Below the pieces are notes generated by a model. The model did not search any database, was not told the origin of the DNA, and saw only the letters and a list, made by a program, of their open reading frames with translations. From positions 15,438,001 to 15,502,000 of the forward strand of contig OZ024743.1 of the NCBI GenBank assembly GCA_964016885.1: 64,000 nt of DNA, read 5' to 3'. A program made the position numbers and the translations under genes. Positions within the stretch are counted from its first letter, which is position 1. Each line of letters starts with the position of its first letter. Source of the stretch: Eledone cirrhosa (Eukaryota). This document shows positions 40,535-54,136 of this stretch, one piece after another.

Positions 40535-43476
40535 CACCACTCACTTATGTGGAGTGAAGATGAAAAAACAAAGGAATTCCCACAAGAAATCTACTTGGCA
40601 AGATAACATCAATCGCCAAATAAACCTTCTCCGACCTGACATAGAAATTTTAACAAACTATAAAGTAGGTGAACATGTTAAACAAACTAAACTTAGAAAA
40701 TTGAAAAAAAAGTACAGTATAAGATCAACATGTGACATAGACATGCTGATAGAAACAATCAAGCAAAAAGTGTCGGCCAAAGCTGCTCGTATAAGGCGCT
40801 TTGAAAAACGATCTAGATTCTATAAGGACAATAATATGTTCAAAAACAACCAAAGAAACTTCTACAGAAAAATTGGTAAGTCAACAATAACTGCTAAATC
40901 AATACCACCCAAGGAGGAAGTGCAAGAATTCTGGGAAAAGATCTGGGCCGAAGAAAAAGTTCATAACATACATGCCGCATGGATAGACAGACAAATGAAA
41001 GAAACAGCTCACCTTGAAGAACAAACATGGGAAAATATAACAGTTGAACAGCTGCGCTTGGCTCTAAGAAAAACCAGCAAATGGAAATCCCCAGGAAAAG
41101 ACAAAATACAAAACTTTTGGATAAATGCCTTCACAGAGTCTCATGAGCTGTTAGCCCAACTTTACAATGAAATAGTTAAGGAGCCAGAAAAGATACCATC
41201 ATGGCTAGTTAACGGCATTACATTCCTGCTACCGAAGAATGATGAGACAAACAATCCCAAAAATTACAGACCGATAACCTGCTTGACCACAATGTATAAA
41301 ATTTTAACATCAGTCCTAACTGAATACACATATGACCACCTGATAACAAATGACCTATTTCCCATTGAGCAGAAAGGGTGTAAACGAGGCTCATATGGCT
41401 GTAAGGATCAGCTTCTGGTTAACAAAATGATACTGGAAGATTGTCATAATAGACACAAAAATCTATCGATTGCTTGGATAGATTATAAAAAAGCATTTGA
41501 TAGTTTGCCACACAGTTGGATTGAAAAATGTTTAGAGATTTTCAAAATATCCCCCGTTATCAGGAGGTTTTTGTCATTCAGTATGAGGACATGGAGAACG
41601 ACACTCTTTTGAATAGTGAAACAAAATCACTGGAAGCTGGAGAAGTTAACATTACTTGTGGAATTTTTCAGGGTGACTCTTTATCACCGCTTTTATTCTG
41701 CATCGCACTTATACCATTAAGTAAAATGCTCAATGAAACAAAACATGGATATAGAGTCTATGACAAAACCATTAATCACCTGTTCTACATGGATGACCTG
41801 AAACTATTTGCAAAAAATGATGAACAATTGCAAGGGCTATTATCCACTGTGAAGCAGTTCAGTGATGACATTAAAATGGAGTTTGGACTGGATAAATGCG
41901 CCAAAGCAACGTTCACCAGAGGAAAGCTGCTGAAGAGTTCAGACATTAATCTTGATCGGGGGAACGTGATAAGAGAGCTTGATCAAGAACAAACTTACAA
42001 ATATCTAGGTGTTTGTGAAGGAGACGGAATCAAGCACTCGACAATGAGGGAAAGGATAAGGAAGGAATGTTACCGCAGAGTCAGAGCAATCTTAAGAACG
42101 GAATTGAATGCAAGGAATTGGATCGATGCCATAAACACGCTTGCCATACCAGTAGTAACCTACAGTTACAATGTCATCAACTGGTCAAGCACAGAGATCC
42201 GTAGGCTCGATACAAAAATCCGAAAATTCTTAACCATGCACAGAATGCATCACCCTAAGGCAGACATAGATAGAATATATCTCCCTAGGAAAGAAAGAGG
42301 ACGTGGGTTAATCCAGTTAGACATTGCGTTGAAAACTGCAACAATTGGATTATCCACATATCTAAGGGAATCACATGATTGGATGATCAAACTCGTTTTG
42401 AAACACGAAAGCACCAAAAGATCATATTCCATTACAAAAGATGCACAAAGGTACAGTAATGGACTACAAATTTCAGAAGTCCCATTTACTGCTGAAATGG
42501 AAAACACAGAAAAAGCAAAGCAGGTAAAAGTAACTGCAAAGAAAGAACTGCTACAGAAACTGGCTAAGAAATGGCAAGAAAAGCCTCTGTATGGAAAATA
42601 CCCAGAGCGAGCTAACAATCCTGATGTTGACAAAACTTTAACCCATCAGTGGTTGGCATCCTCTGGACTGAAATCGGAGACTGCAGGACTGATTATATCC
42701 GCACAAGATCAGTGTCTGCCAACAAAAAATTACCAAGCCAACATAATAAAAAATGGGCGCAGCCCATTATGCCGTGTATGCAAAAAACAACCAGAGACCA
42801 TTGACCATATATTTTCAATGTGCAGTCCTATAGCTCCAACCGAATACCTAAACAGGCATGACAGAGCTACACAATACATACATTGGATAATGTGTAAGCA
42901 TTTTGACCTGCCCCATCAAAAGAATTGGTGGGAGCATCAACCACCTCCCATACTTGAAAAAGATCACATCTCAATCTTGTGGAACTTTAGCATCCAAACA
43001 GACCGAAAAATAGATGCAAATAGACCTGATATAATATTGAAGGACTTTCAAAGGAGGGTATGCCTGCTAATTGATATGTCTGTTCCAATAGACAAGAATG
43101 TATCTATAAAAACATTTGAAAAATTGAGCAAGTATAAGGACCTGGAGATAGAAATTGGAAAAATGTGGAAATTGAGAATTAAAACAATACCAGTGGTTGT
43201 AGGCGCTCTGGGAATGATACCTAAGGGGTCTAACGACTACTTATCGCAAATCCCAGGAAACCCGCGTATAGGAGAAATACAAAAGATAGTACTAATGGGA
43301 ACTGCCCATATACTAAGGAAGATCCTGTCAATATAAGTACATCACAAGTCTAAACACTAAGGATGCATGTGTGAATATGTGTGTTCTTTCTTGAACATGG
43401 CGGACCTTGTTGTCTCTTGAGGTCACTGGTTGTGACTTGGTGATAACTCGTATAAACATAAAGCAAGATAAATGCA

Positions 43477-43477
<1 letters not shown>
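40535..43477 (+). mobile_element. R4/Dong-clade non-LTR retrotransposon, family A copy 1 (5'-truncated)
   Basis: Flanked by (AAT)n on both sides; single RT-REL ORF split by one frameshift. Confidence 0.92.
40560..43336 (+). pseudogene. R4/Dong RT-REL polyprotein (frameshift near 41610)
   Basis: YRPITCL, WIDYKKAFD, GIFQGDSLS, YMDD, CRVC...ETIDHI...C zinc knuckle, RHD, RPDI...IDMSVP...K..KY..L (PD-(D/E)xK REL endonuclease). Confidence 0.9.
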
Positions 43478-43506
<29 letters not shown>

Positions 43507-43507
<1 letters not shown>

Positions 43508-46500
43508 TTTTCTTTATTAACCACAAGGGTTTACATAAAGTAGACATTAAGGACAGTACAGGATAATACAGGACGGGCATTTCTGCGTGTAAAAAAACAG
43601 AGGATGTAATAAAATAACATAGAAAAAATCCCCAATAGGGGGGAGACTTCCGAGGGACATTTGTGGAGAAAGCCCATTAGAAGACCACAGTGACCCTGAC
43701 CACCAAGGCAAGTGCCCTCTCCCAGTTTTCCACCTTTAATGTATTACAGACACATACTCAGAGTAGGCCCATTCACTCGGGCCTTTGTTGCCTCTCTCAC
43801 CCATCTTTCAACAAAATGCTGGGAAGAGAGCTCTTCCCTCTCTACCCTGATTTTCCTTTTCAAATGAAATTTGAAAAAATTAATCAGGGCATCACCAAAG
43901 AGGTAAGTGCTCGTCTTCAGCACTTTCAAAAGTGTCCATTATACTATCTCTTTGCCATGGCCACCAGAGAGATAACAACTGCCTGCCCTTCCCGGCTAAA
44001 GGCAGAGGGCGGGGCAATCCTCACGATGGACTCAGCTGATAGCTGGATCCGTCCTACACGCGACAGCAGGTTTTCGACATAAACCCACAAGTCAGCAATG
44101 CTCGGACACTGGACGAGTGCGTGCAGGACGGTTTCCTCGCCCTGCGCGCATATCGGACATGCCGGGCTGACGGCACCTCCATGCCTGTAGAGTTTATCCC
44201 GAACTGGCAAAGCTCCTCGGTAACACTGCCTGGCCAGGGATTTCTTGAAGTTGTCCATAGGCCCCGGCCCGAAAGTTCTTCCGAAGAGATTGGCTAGTTG
44301 ATTTTCGTCGACACCTATAGTTTCCCCAAGTACGTCGTCGCTCTTCCACTCCACTAATCCTCTATAGAACGCCAAGGTGGAGTTTCCACCGATCACATTG
44401 CCCGATTGGTCGAGGGCTGTAAGCGCCTGAAGACATTCCAGTCTCCGAGCGCTCCCTCTCGGTCTTCGCTTGACCCAGGATTGCAGCTCCGTCAAGGAGA
44501 CGAGCTGGGGAAAGACGCGTTTAGCAAACAGCGACCACACCTGATCACCGTCGAGGAAGAGGTGGAGATGTCGTAGCCGCCCTCATGTCTGCGCATCATC
44601 AGCCACGGCATTCCCAGCCCTCCACGTAGCGGGTGTTGACAGCAGATGGACCACCTGACCATCGGGGCGCGTCCCTTCCACAAAAAGCGAAAGAGCAAAC
44701 GCTCCAGCGCAGTCAGGCGGGGCTTAGGACAAGGTACGACGGTCAGGCGGTAGTAGATGACGGACGCGATATACGCGTTAGCAACCTCTGCTCGACCTTT
44801 CAGGGATAGCTTCCTCTCTGCCCATTTCTGGGTGAGAGAAGCCACCCTGCTCGTCACCTCGTCCCAGTTTTTGTCCGACTGGAGATCCGGACCGAACCAG
44901 ACCCCGAGCAATTTAACTGGTCCGTCCGGCCAGCGCCCGACGACGCTGTTGGACGGCATGGACCTGCCTCTCCAGGTGCCGAGCTAGAGGCCCACTGACT
45001 TTTCCTGGTTGATCATTGCTCCTGTCACCGCTTCGTATTCTCTTAGTGTAGTGCCGATCGCCTCGATGTGTTTGGCGTTCGACACCACTACGGTGACATC
45101 GTCCGCATTGCTGACACGGATCTTCCGCATCCTAGTTCGCGCGGGATCCCCCCTCAACGTTTCCAGTTTGTGCAGTAATGGCTCGAGAGTCAATACGTAC
45201 ACGTACAAGATGGACGAGAGGGGACATCCTTGGCGGACCGAGCGCATGATGTTGAACGGTTCCGAAAGGTGACCGTTCACTCTCACCACAGAGCAGCTGT
45301 GCATGGCAGCGATCCAGCCTCTGAAGACGGGCCCAAAGCCAGCCGCCCTCAGGACTGCCGCTAGGTAACGGTGGTCGACGCTATCGAAAGCTTTCGACTG
45401 ATCTAAATTGATCAAGGACCCACCCGTGCCAGGTTCCTTAGATACCCTCTTTACGATGTATCGCATGAGGTGTAGGTTGTCGTGGATGCATCTGTAGGGT
45501 ATGGCGCATGTCTGCGCCTCTCCCACCAGACCACCAACGACAAGCGCCAACCTCTTTGCTAGCACCTTGGCCAAAATCTTGAACTCTGTGTTTAGCAGAG
45601 TTATGGGCCTAAAATTATCTATGTTATCCCCCTTGTTCGGATCCTTTCTCAGCAGCGCCACAGCCTCGGCGCACATAGCTGGGAATTTTCCGGTTCTGTT
45701 GCCAGTTGCAGTAGACGACCGCCAAGAGGCCCCCGAACAAGTCTGGCATCTGTACGTAAAGTTCATAGGGCAGACCATCCAAACCACGCGATTTACCCCT
45801 TGTGCAGGTAGTCATTGCCTCCCGTACTTCAGCGGCTGTTATCGGCTTTGCGCAACACTCCACCTCAGTGGCCGAGAGCCGAGGCAGTCCGTCGAGGTAG
45901 ACACTAAAGCCCATCCCTTTATCCGGCCCGCCGCTGCCCCCGAACAACTGAGCGAAGTGTCGCTGAAAAGCTTTACACATTTGCCCGGGATCGAGCTACA
46001 TGCGCCTGTCGTGGTCCACCAAAGAGCGGATCGTGGTTTTGTTGCCACGATGCGCCTCCGCCACGCGGGCCCATTGAAAGGCTTTCGTCCCCTCGTGTCT
46101 GAGAGCACGCACTCTAGCTCTGACAACGCAGCCTTCGTGCTTTGCATAGAAGAATTAGTCAAGGGCCAATTTCGCCGCCAACACGTCGGTCGCGATGCCT
46201 TTGCTAAGCGCCTCGTCTAATTTTCTAACTAATTCTCCCTCTGCTCTATTTTTTCTCTATTGCTAAAGCCTTACTAAACCTAATGGACTCCTATTCTAAT
46301 TGCGCTTTTCAGAGCAAACCACCACTTGTTGGTGACGATGGACCCCGTCAAAGCCCGTTTAACTAGTTCGCTAATCCGGTCTCTGTAGGCCTTGCGCGCT
46401 GGTAAGGACGCGTTTAGCTTCCAGGAGCCGGGACCTCGTGTATGAAGCCTATGTAAGTCAAGTACACAGGTCACGAATTTGTGGTCCGTGTAGCTGACTA

Positions 46501-49223
46501 TCTTGAATTGTGGACAGCCTATGCTAGACCTATCTATTTCTCTACAAAATACTCTATCTAGATATGATCTGGATGACCCTATGAGATTTGTCGAAGTCCA
46601 CATTGGCACATTCGGGAAATCCAATCGCTAAATGTCAGACAGTTCAAAACGCCTGAGCAGGATGCTAAGGCTCTTGCCCTATCCGCTAATCCCACACAGT
46701 CCCAGCGTGCATCTAAGATCCCGTTCCAGTCGTCCACTAACACTAAAGTGCGGGACGTTCCAAGAAAGGTCTCCAGACGCCGGAAGAAATCAGGCCGCCC
46801 TGCTCCTGTCGGGGCATAGACGGCCACTAGCCTGAAAGCTTGCCCGTCTCCGCTGGTAACGTCTAGCACCATCAACTTACCTTCTGGGTCCAGGAAGATG
46901 GCCCGTATGGCGAGATCCAAACCTCTCCGAAAAAGCACAGCAACTCCTTCCCCCGATCCCGGACGGCTGGGAGATGCGTACACATTGTAGCCGCCGAAGA
47001 TCGGACAAAGGCCCGTTCTTCGGAGATTCTGGTCTCGCTGATGGCCACTCATCTATGTTTAGTGATCTGAGGTCGTTGAGCAGGTGGCCCTGCTTCCATG
47101 ACGAACCCAAGCCACGCGCATTTATGCTAGCTATTCTGAGTGAGGTCATGTTGAAATGGAGTAGAAAAGATGGGAAAGACCACTTACCTTACTTCTCGTA
47201 GAGGAAAGATGGTTTGTCCATCCTTTTCACTGCTTGTGGCCTCCTCCGGAAGGATGTCCTTATAAATCCTCCTGGAGAGTGTTTGTCGGAAGTCTCCTAT
47301 GTCTTTAGGGAATTTTTGTTTTAGTGTCATGTACGTTTTCTGTGTGATGGGAGTGATTTGTATGTGTGGAGGCGGTGTGAACTTTTGGGTTCTTGTGTAG
47401 TCTTTTTCTGTGATACTGGTGTTGCATGTAGTGTAATAATTGGTTGTTGTTCAAATTTAATGCTGTGTAGTGTGTATCGTTTTGGTTGTTTTGTTTTGTT
47501 TGCGTTTGTTGTGGGTTTGTTTCTGTTACGCTTTTTGGTGACTTTTGTGGTGTTGGTGATGGTGGTGTTGGGGTTAGTGATGGTGATGGTGTTTGTGGTG
47601 ATGGGGTTGGTGATGCTGGTGTGGATGGTGGCATATCTGTCTTAACTTTCTTGTTGGATAATTTATTTGTTTCCCTCTGTATTTTGTTTTTTGACGGGGA
47701 AGGAAGAAATTTTTTTCTTTTTTGGTTTCTTTTTCTTTTTCTTTTTTCCTGATACCGTTTCCCACTCCTCGTCGTCACAATCTGTCTCCAGTTTCGATAA
47801 GCCGGGGAGTGGAAAATCTTCCACGGGCGTTGTTACAGTTGCTTCTGTTGTTGCTGCTACAGTTGTTGCTGCTATTTCTGCTGCTGGTGGTGTTGATGGT
47901 TGGGTCACTGGGGCCGGTGAGAGAGGTGGCCTCAACCTTTTAGCCTGAGGGCAGAAAGCCCTTAGGTGGGTTCATTCACCACAAACGACACACCTAGGTC
48001 TTCTGCCCTCGACGATACGGTGAGGTGGCTGCCGTCAGTGAGGTCTATTACCTCTGGGATCTCCTCAATGCTTTTATGGTCCGTTTGGATCAGGAGCTCC
48101 ATCCCAGATCCGGACCAGTTCTCCTGCTTTTCTTTTCCTATTTCTATTATTTTGGTGTTGGCCTCGATGCCGGCGAGGACGGCAGCCATTAGCCAGGGAA
48201 TTTCGATGGCCGGTGGAACGTGGGTCACCCTGATCTTCACAAGTCTCTGGCCACAATAGCTTGGGATGAGTGTGAAGTTGTCACTTCTTAATGGGGCCAT
48301 GGAGTGTTCTCTAGCCTCCTGTGGTGTTTCAAAGAACACGTCCACGGTTCCATACTTCTGTCCACGTCTGATGTGCGTTTTTTTTGCCCACACATGTCCC
48401 AAAGCTTTTTGGATTTGGGACTCAGATGCCCGTTCTACTCGGCGCGATTTTATGTTTATTGTCCGATAAGACACGGTGCATAGGCGACGTTGCTCCATGT
48501 TATTAGGTGGGGGGCTGACACTGTACCCATCTTTCTTTACCATTCATCTAATTCTTCCTGAGTTACCTGGATCGCTTCGCACGTTTTTGCTACTCTGGCA
48601 AAATTCAGGGTAGTTTTCTTAATTTCATTGTTGCTGTTATTATCGTTATTTTTGCTATCGTTAATTTTAGTTTCAGTTGTGGTGGTGGTGGCGTCAGTTG
48701 TGTTCGGTGTGGAAGAGTTCATTTTGGTTGAATTCATTTCGATATCATGAGTTAATTTATTTTTTTCTTTTGTTTCTGTTGTCGCTGTGGTGGTGGTGGG
48801 GTGGTGGTTGTCGCGGTGATGGTGGTGGTGGCGGCTTTAACACCTGCAGTCATTGGTAATGGCTGGAAATGAACGTCTGCCTGAGACAAATTTAAAATAT
48901 TGCTACTGTTTACAATTCCAGTGTTGGCAAACGTAGCAATGTTTACAATGGTGGTTTCGGTGTGAGGTGTTGGATTATGAGAAAGGAGTGAATCTGAGTT
49001 ATCCATTATTTTTCATAGAAAACATTTTTTGTTTGATAATTATAAAAAGTTTAAATTTTGGGCTCAAGGCTCCAATATTTTTGAGTGTCCTTTTCAGAAA
49101 TCAATGTATGTGCACTTATATATATTTAACAGGAAAAACTTTCACTAAATGGCAATTTTAAATAACTGAAAATAACAAACCTTTGCGGAGCTCACGATGA
49201 TACGATTTACTACGTAGGTCGCC
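43507..49223 (-). mobile_element. Tx1-clade LINE copy 2, full length (~5.7 kb), frameshifted
   Basis: 5' end GGCGACCTACGTAG next to (TTA)n; ORF1 ~49006-47260; ORF2 ~47150-43750 with SINARGL, SYLDRV, YTDHK, RPITLLN, LDQSKAFD, RQGCPLS and C-terminal CPICAQGEETVLHALVQC; 3' end CCCTTGTGGTTAATAAAGAAAAC(ATT)n. Confidence 0.92.
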
Positions 49224-49265
<42 letters not shown>

Positions 49266-49266
<1 letters not shown>

Positions 49267-49906
49267 CTTTCTTTATTAACCACAAGGGTTTACATTAAGT
49301 AGACATTAAGGAGAGTACAGGGCAATACAGGACGGTACAAATGGGCATTTCTTCGTGTAAAAAAACAGAGGATGTAATAAAAATAACAATGAAAAATTCC
49401 CCAATAGGGAGGAGACTTCGGAGGGACATTTGTGGAGAAAGACCATTAAAAGGCCACAGTGACCCTAACCACCAGGGCAAATGCCCTCTCCCAGTTTTCC
49501 ACCTTTAATTTATAGACACATACTCAGAGTATTCTTGCTTCTCTTACCCATATTTCAACAAAATGCTGGGAAGAGAGCACTTCCCTCTCCATTCTGATTT
49601 TCCTTTTCAAATGAAATTTGAAAAAGTCAATCAGGGCATTACCGAATAGGTAAGTGCTCATCTTCAGCACTTTCAAACGTGTCCACCATACTATCTCTTT
49701 CGCCATGGCCACCAGACAGATAAAAACAGCCTGCCCCTCCCGGCTAAAGGAAGAGGGCGGGGCAATCCTCACGATGGACTCAGCTGATAGCCGGATCCGT
49801 CCTACACGCGACAGCAGGTGTTCGACATAAACCCACAAGTCAGCAATTCTTGGACACTGGACGAGTGCGTGCAAGGCGGTTTCGTCGCCCTGCGCGCATA
49901 TCGGAC

Positions 49907-49908
<2 letters not shown>
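49266..49908 (-). mobile_element. Tx1 copy 3, 5'-truncated 3' fragment
   Basis: Similar to 43507-44160; (AAT)n on both sides. Confidence 0.9.

Positions 49909-49987
<79 letters not shown>
49909..49987. repeat. (AAT)n microsatellite, about 26 units, between Tx1 copy 3 and Dong A copy 2
   Basis: Direct reading. Confidence 0.95.
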
Positions 49988-49988
49988 G

Positions 49989-52778
49989 TAAACTTAGAAA
50001 ATTGAAAAAAAAGTACAGTATAAGATCAACATGTGACATAGACATGCTGATAGAAACAATCAAGCAAAAAGTGTCGGCCAAAGCTGCTCGTATAAGGCGC
50101 TTTGAAAAACGATCTAGATTCTATAAGGACAATAATATGTTCAAAAACAACCAAAGAAACTTCTACAGAAAAATTGGTAAGTCAACAATAACTGCTAAAT
50201 CAATACCACCCAAGGAGGAAGTGCAAGAATTCTGGGAAAAGATCTGGGCCGAAGAAAAAGTTCATAACATACATGCCGCATGGATAGACAGACAAATGAA
50301 AGAAACAGCTCACCTTGAAGAACAAACATGGGAAAATATAACAGTTGAACAGCTGCGCTTGGCTCTAAGAAAAACCAGCAAATGGAAATCCCCAGGAAAA
50401 GACAAAATACAAAACTTTTGGATAAATGCCTTCACAGAGTCTCATGAGCTGTTAGCCCAACTTTACAATGAAATAGTTAAGGAGCCAGAAAAGATACCAT
50501 CATGGCTAGTTAACGGCATTACATTCCTGCTACCGAAGAATGATGAGACAAACAATCCCAAAAATTACAGACCGATAACCTGCTTGACCACAATGTATAA
50601 AATTTTAACATCAGTCCTAACTGAATACACATATGACCACCTGATAACAAATGACCTATTTCCCATTGAGCAGAAAGGGTGTAAACGAGGCTCATATGGC
50701 TGTAAGGATCAGCTTCTGGTTAACAAAATGATACTGGAAGATTGTCATAATAGACACAAAAATCTATCGATTGCTTGGATAGATTATAAAAAAGCATTTG
50801 ATAGTTTGCCACACAGTTGGATTGAAAAATGTTTAGAGATTTTCAAAATATCCCCCGTTGTCAGGAGGTTTTTGTCATTCAGTATGAGGACATGGAGAAC
50901 GACACTCTTTTGAATAGTGAAACAAAATCACTGGAAGCTGGAGAAGTTAACATTACTTGTGGAATTTTTCAGGGTGACTCTTTATCACCGCTTTTATTCT
51001 GCATCGCACTTATACCATTAAGTAAAATGCTCAATGAAACAAAACATGGATATAGAGTCTATGACAAAACCATTAATCACCTGTTCTACATGGATGACCT
51101 GAAACTATTTGCAAAAAATGATGAACAATTGCAAGGGCTATTATCCACTGTGAAGCAGTTCAGTGATGACATTAAAATGGAGTTTGGACTGGATAAATGC
51201 GCCAAAGCAACGTTCACCAGAGGAAAGCTGCTGAAGAGTTCAGACATTAATCTTGATCGGGGGAACGTGATAAGAGAGCTTGATCAAGAACAAACTTACA
51301 AATATCTAGGTGTTTGTGAAGGAGACGGAATCAAGCACTCGACAATGAGGGAAAGGATAAGGAAGGAATGTTACCGCAGAGTCAGAGCAATCTTAAGAAC
51401 GGAATTGAATGCAAGGAATAGGATCGATGCCATAAACACGCTTGCCATACCAGTAGTAACCTACAGTTACAATGTCATCAACTGGTCAAGCACAGAGATC
51501 CGTAGGCTCGATACAAAAATCCGAAAATTCTTAACCATGCACAGAATGCATCACCCTAAGGCAGACATAGATAGAATATATCTCCCTAGGAAAGAAAGAG
51601 GACGTGGGTTAATCCAGTTAGACATTGCGTTGAAAACTGCAACAATTGGATTATCCACATATCTAAGGGAATCACATGATTGGATGATCAAACTCGTTTT
51701 GAAACACGAAAGCACCAAAAGATCATATTCCATTACAAAAGATGCACAAAGATACAGTAATGGACTACAAATTTCAGAAGTCCCATTTACTACTGAAATG
51801 GAAAACACAGAAAAAGCAAAGCAGGTAAAAGTAACTGCAAAGAAAGAACTGCTACAGAAACTGGCTAAGAAATGGCAAGAAAAGCCTCTGTATGGAAAAT
51901 ACCCAGAGCGAGCTAACAATCCTGATGTTGACAAAACTTTAACCCATCAGTGGTTGGCATCCTCTGGACTGAAATCGGAGATTGAAGGACTGATTATATC
52001 CGCACAAGATCAGTGTCTGCCAACAAAAAATTACCAAGCTAACATAATAAAAAATGGGTGCAGCCCATTATGCCGTGTATGCAAAAAACAACCAGAGACC
52101 ATTGACCATATAATTTCAATGTGCAGTCCTATAGCTCCAACCGAATACCTAAACAGGCATGACAGAGCTGCAAAATACATACATTGGATAATGTGTAAGC
52201 ATTTTGACCTGCCCCATCAAAAGAATTGGTGGGAGCATCAACCACCTCCCATACTTGAAAAAGATCACATCTCAATCTTGTGGAACTTTAGCATCCAAAC
52301 AGACCGAAAAATAGATGCAAATAGACCTGATATAATATTGAAGGACTTTCAAAGGAGGGTATGCCTGCTAATTGATATGTCTGTTCCAATAGACAAGAAT
52401 GTATCTATAAAAACATTTGAAAAATTGAGCAAGTATAAAGACCTGGAGATAGAAATTGGAAAAATGTGGAAATTGAGAACTAAAACAATACCAGTGGTTG
52501 TAGGCGCTCTGGGAATGATACCTAAGGGGTCTAACGACTACTTATCGCAAATCCCAGGAAACCCGCGTATAGGAGAAATACAAAAGATAGTACTAATGGG
52601 AACTGCCCATATACTAAGGAAGATCCTGTCAATATAAGTACATCACAAGTCTAAACACTAAGGATGCATGTGTGAATATGTATGTTCTTTCTTGAACATG
52701 GCGGACCTTGTTGTCTCTTGAGGTCACTGGTTGTGACTTGGTGATAACTCGTATAAACATAAAGCAAGATAAATGCAA
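49989..52778 (+). mobile_element. R4/Dong family A copy 2 (5'-truncated), nearly identical to copy 1
   Basis: ORFs 50002-50913 and 50829-52637 differ from copy 1 at only a few residues; same frameshift; (AAT)n tail. Confidence 0.92.
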
Positions 52779-54136
52779 ATAATAATAATAATAATAATAA
52801 TAACAAAGAAAAATTCCCCAATAATAATAATAAGGGAAGAAGACGCACATGGTGGATTGAAGGTTGTGAAATCGCTCCCGTAAGTTTTGATTTTTAACAT
52901 ATTTAAATCAATTGTGAAATAACAATTCTTAATACCAATGATACATAAAGCATCCGGCTTAAGTCTCCGGAAAAATTCGGATCCATAATATATAGTTATA
53001 TCGCTCAAATATTCAATTTTGTATTATACATTTTATATTCAAAACAGAAAATGGTTATATATGGAAGAAAACCCCCTCTGTCTACACTATATAGAACGGC
53101 CAAATAACAGCAATTTCACCAACACCAGAAACTAGATATTCCACTTACCACATCACCCCTCTGTGTACACTAAATACAACAGCCAATTTCACCACCACCA
53201 CCACCAATCTCAGCATAATGATAATAATTAATATCATTATTGTCTCAAGTTTTAACAAAATGTATAAATCCAATATTAAGAAAATATGTCAACACATATA
53301 CGCGACTAACGCCATAGATTCACCGATCAAAAAAAATTACAGTCTATTCAACAAAACTCAGTAACGACAACGCCATCACTAGAGTCACCGTCACCGCCGC
53401 CGCCCACCCATCATTACTACCACTATCCCATCACCGCCGCCACCACTCCTTCATTGCTACCACCGCTATCCCCCATTACCTTCTGTTAATTTACGAAAGG
53501 GGAAGGTAGCGGTATCACTAGACAATATTAATAAACAAGATTAATATTTAATTTTGGAACAGGAATGTTAGAGCCGAAAAGTAGAAAAATGACAAAATGA
53601 CTAAATAACTAAAGATAATTTCACCACCACCACCACTACCACGATGAAAACACTGGTCAAGTCGACTCAACCGCTATTTCTACTCCAACTTCAACACCAT
53701 AACTACAGTACTACGATCACATCATCACCACCACTGCCTCATTATCGCTACCGCCGCTATTCTCTCCCACTACCTCCTGCTAGTTGCTGCTAGCACAGCA
53801 CTGCCACTGCCTAATTATCACTACCGCCGCTATTCTTTCCCGCTACCCCCTACTATATTGTAGTGCCCCCACTAAAAGAGGAAGGCATCAAAATATATAA
53901 ATAAACTGAATTGATGACCCGGTCAAAATCAAAAAAACAAAAATCAAAATCAAAGCAGCACAGCAACAACGAAAAACGTAAAGGAAATAAAAATGGACGG
54001 ACAGAGAAGGGAAGGGAAAAACTAAATCAGACATTCAAACATTACATTACAATGAAACTTATGCTTATTCATTTTTGGGGTTTTTTTCTGCCTGTTTGTT
54101 TGTTTGTTTATTTGGGTTCGTCTACAGCGTAATAAT

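Noticed and set aside
40535-52778. Segmental duplication of a Dong plus Tx1 block
   Set aside because: Neighbouring Tx1 pieces are visibly more diverged than the Dong copies and lie on different sides, so a single block duplication does not fit.
52835-52885. Short exon-like stretch ending CCC|GTAAGT
   Set aside because: No credible acceptor and no recognisable peptide.
53100-53870. CAC/ACC-rich repeated segments; also ACA-rich tracts at 26830-27840 and 31700-32390
   Set aside because: Decayed low-complexity simple repeats with no defined unit or coding signal.
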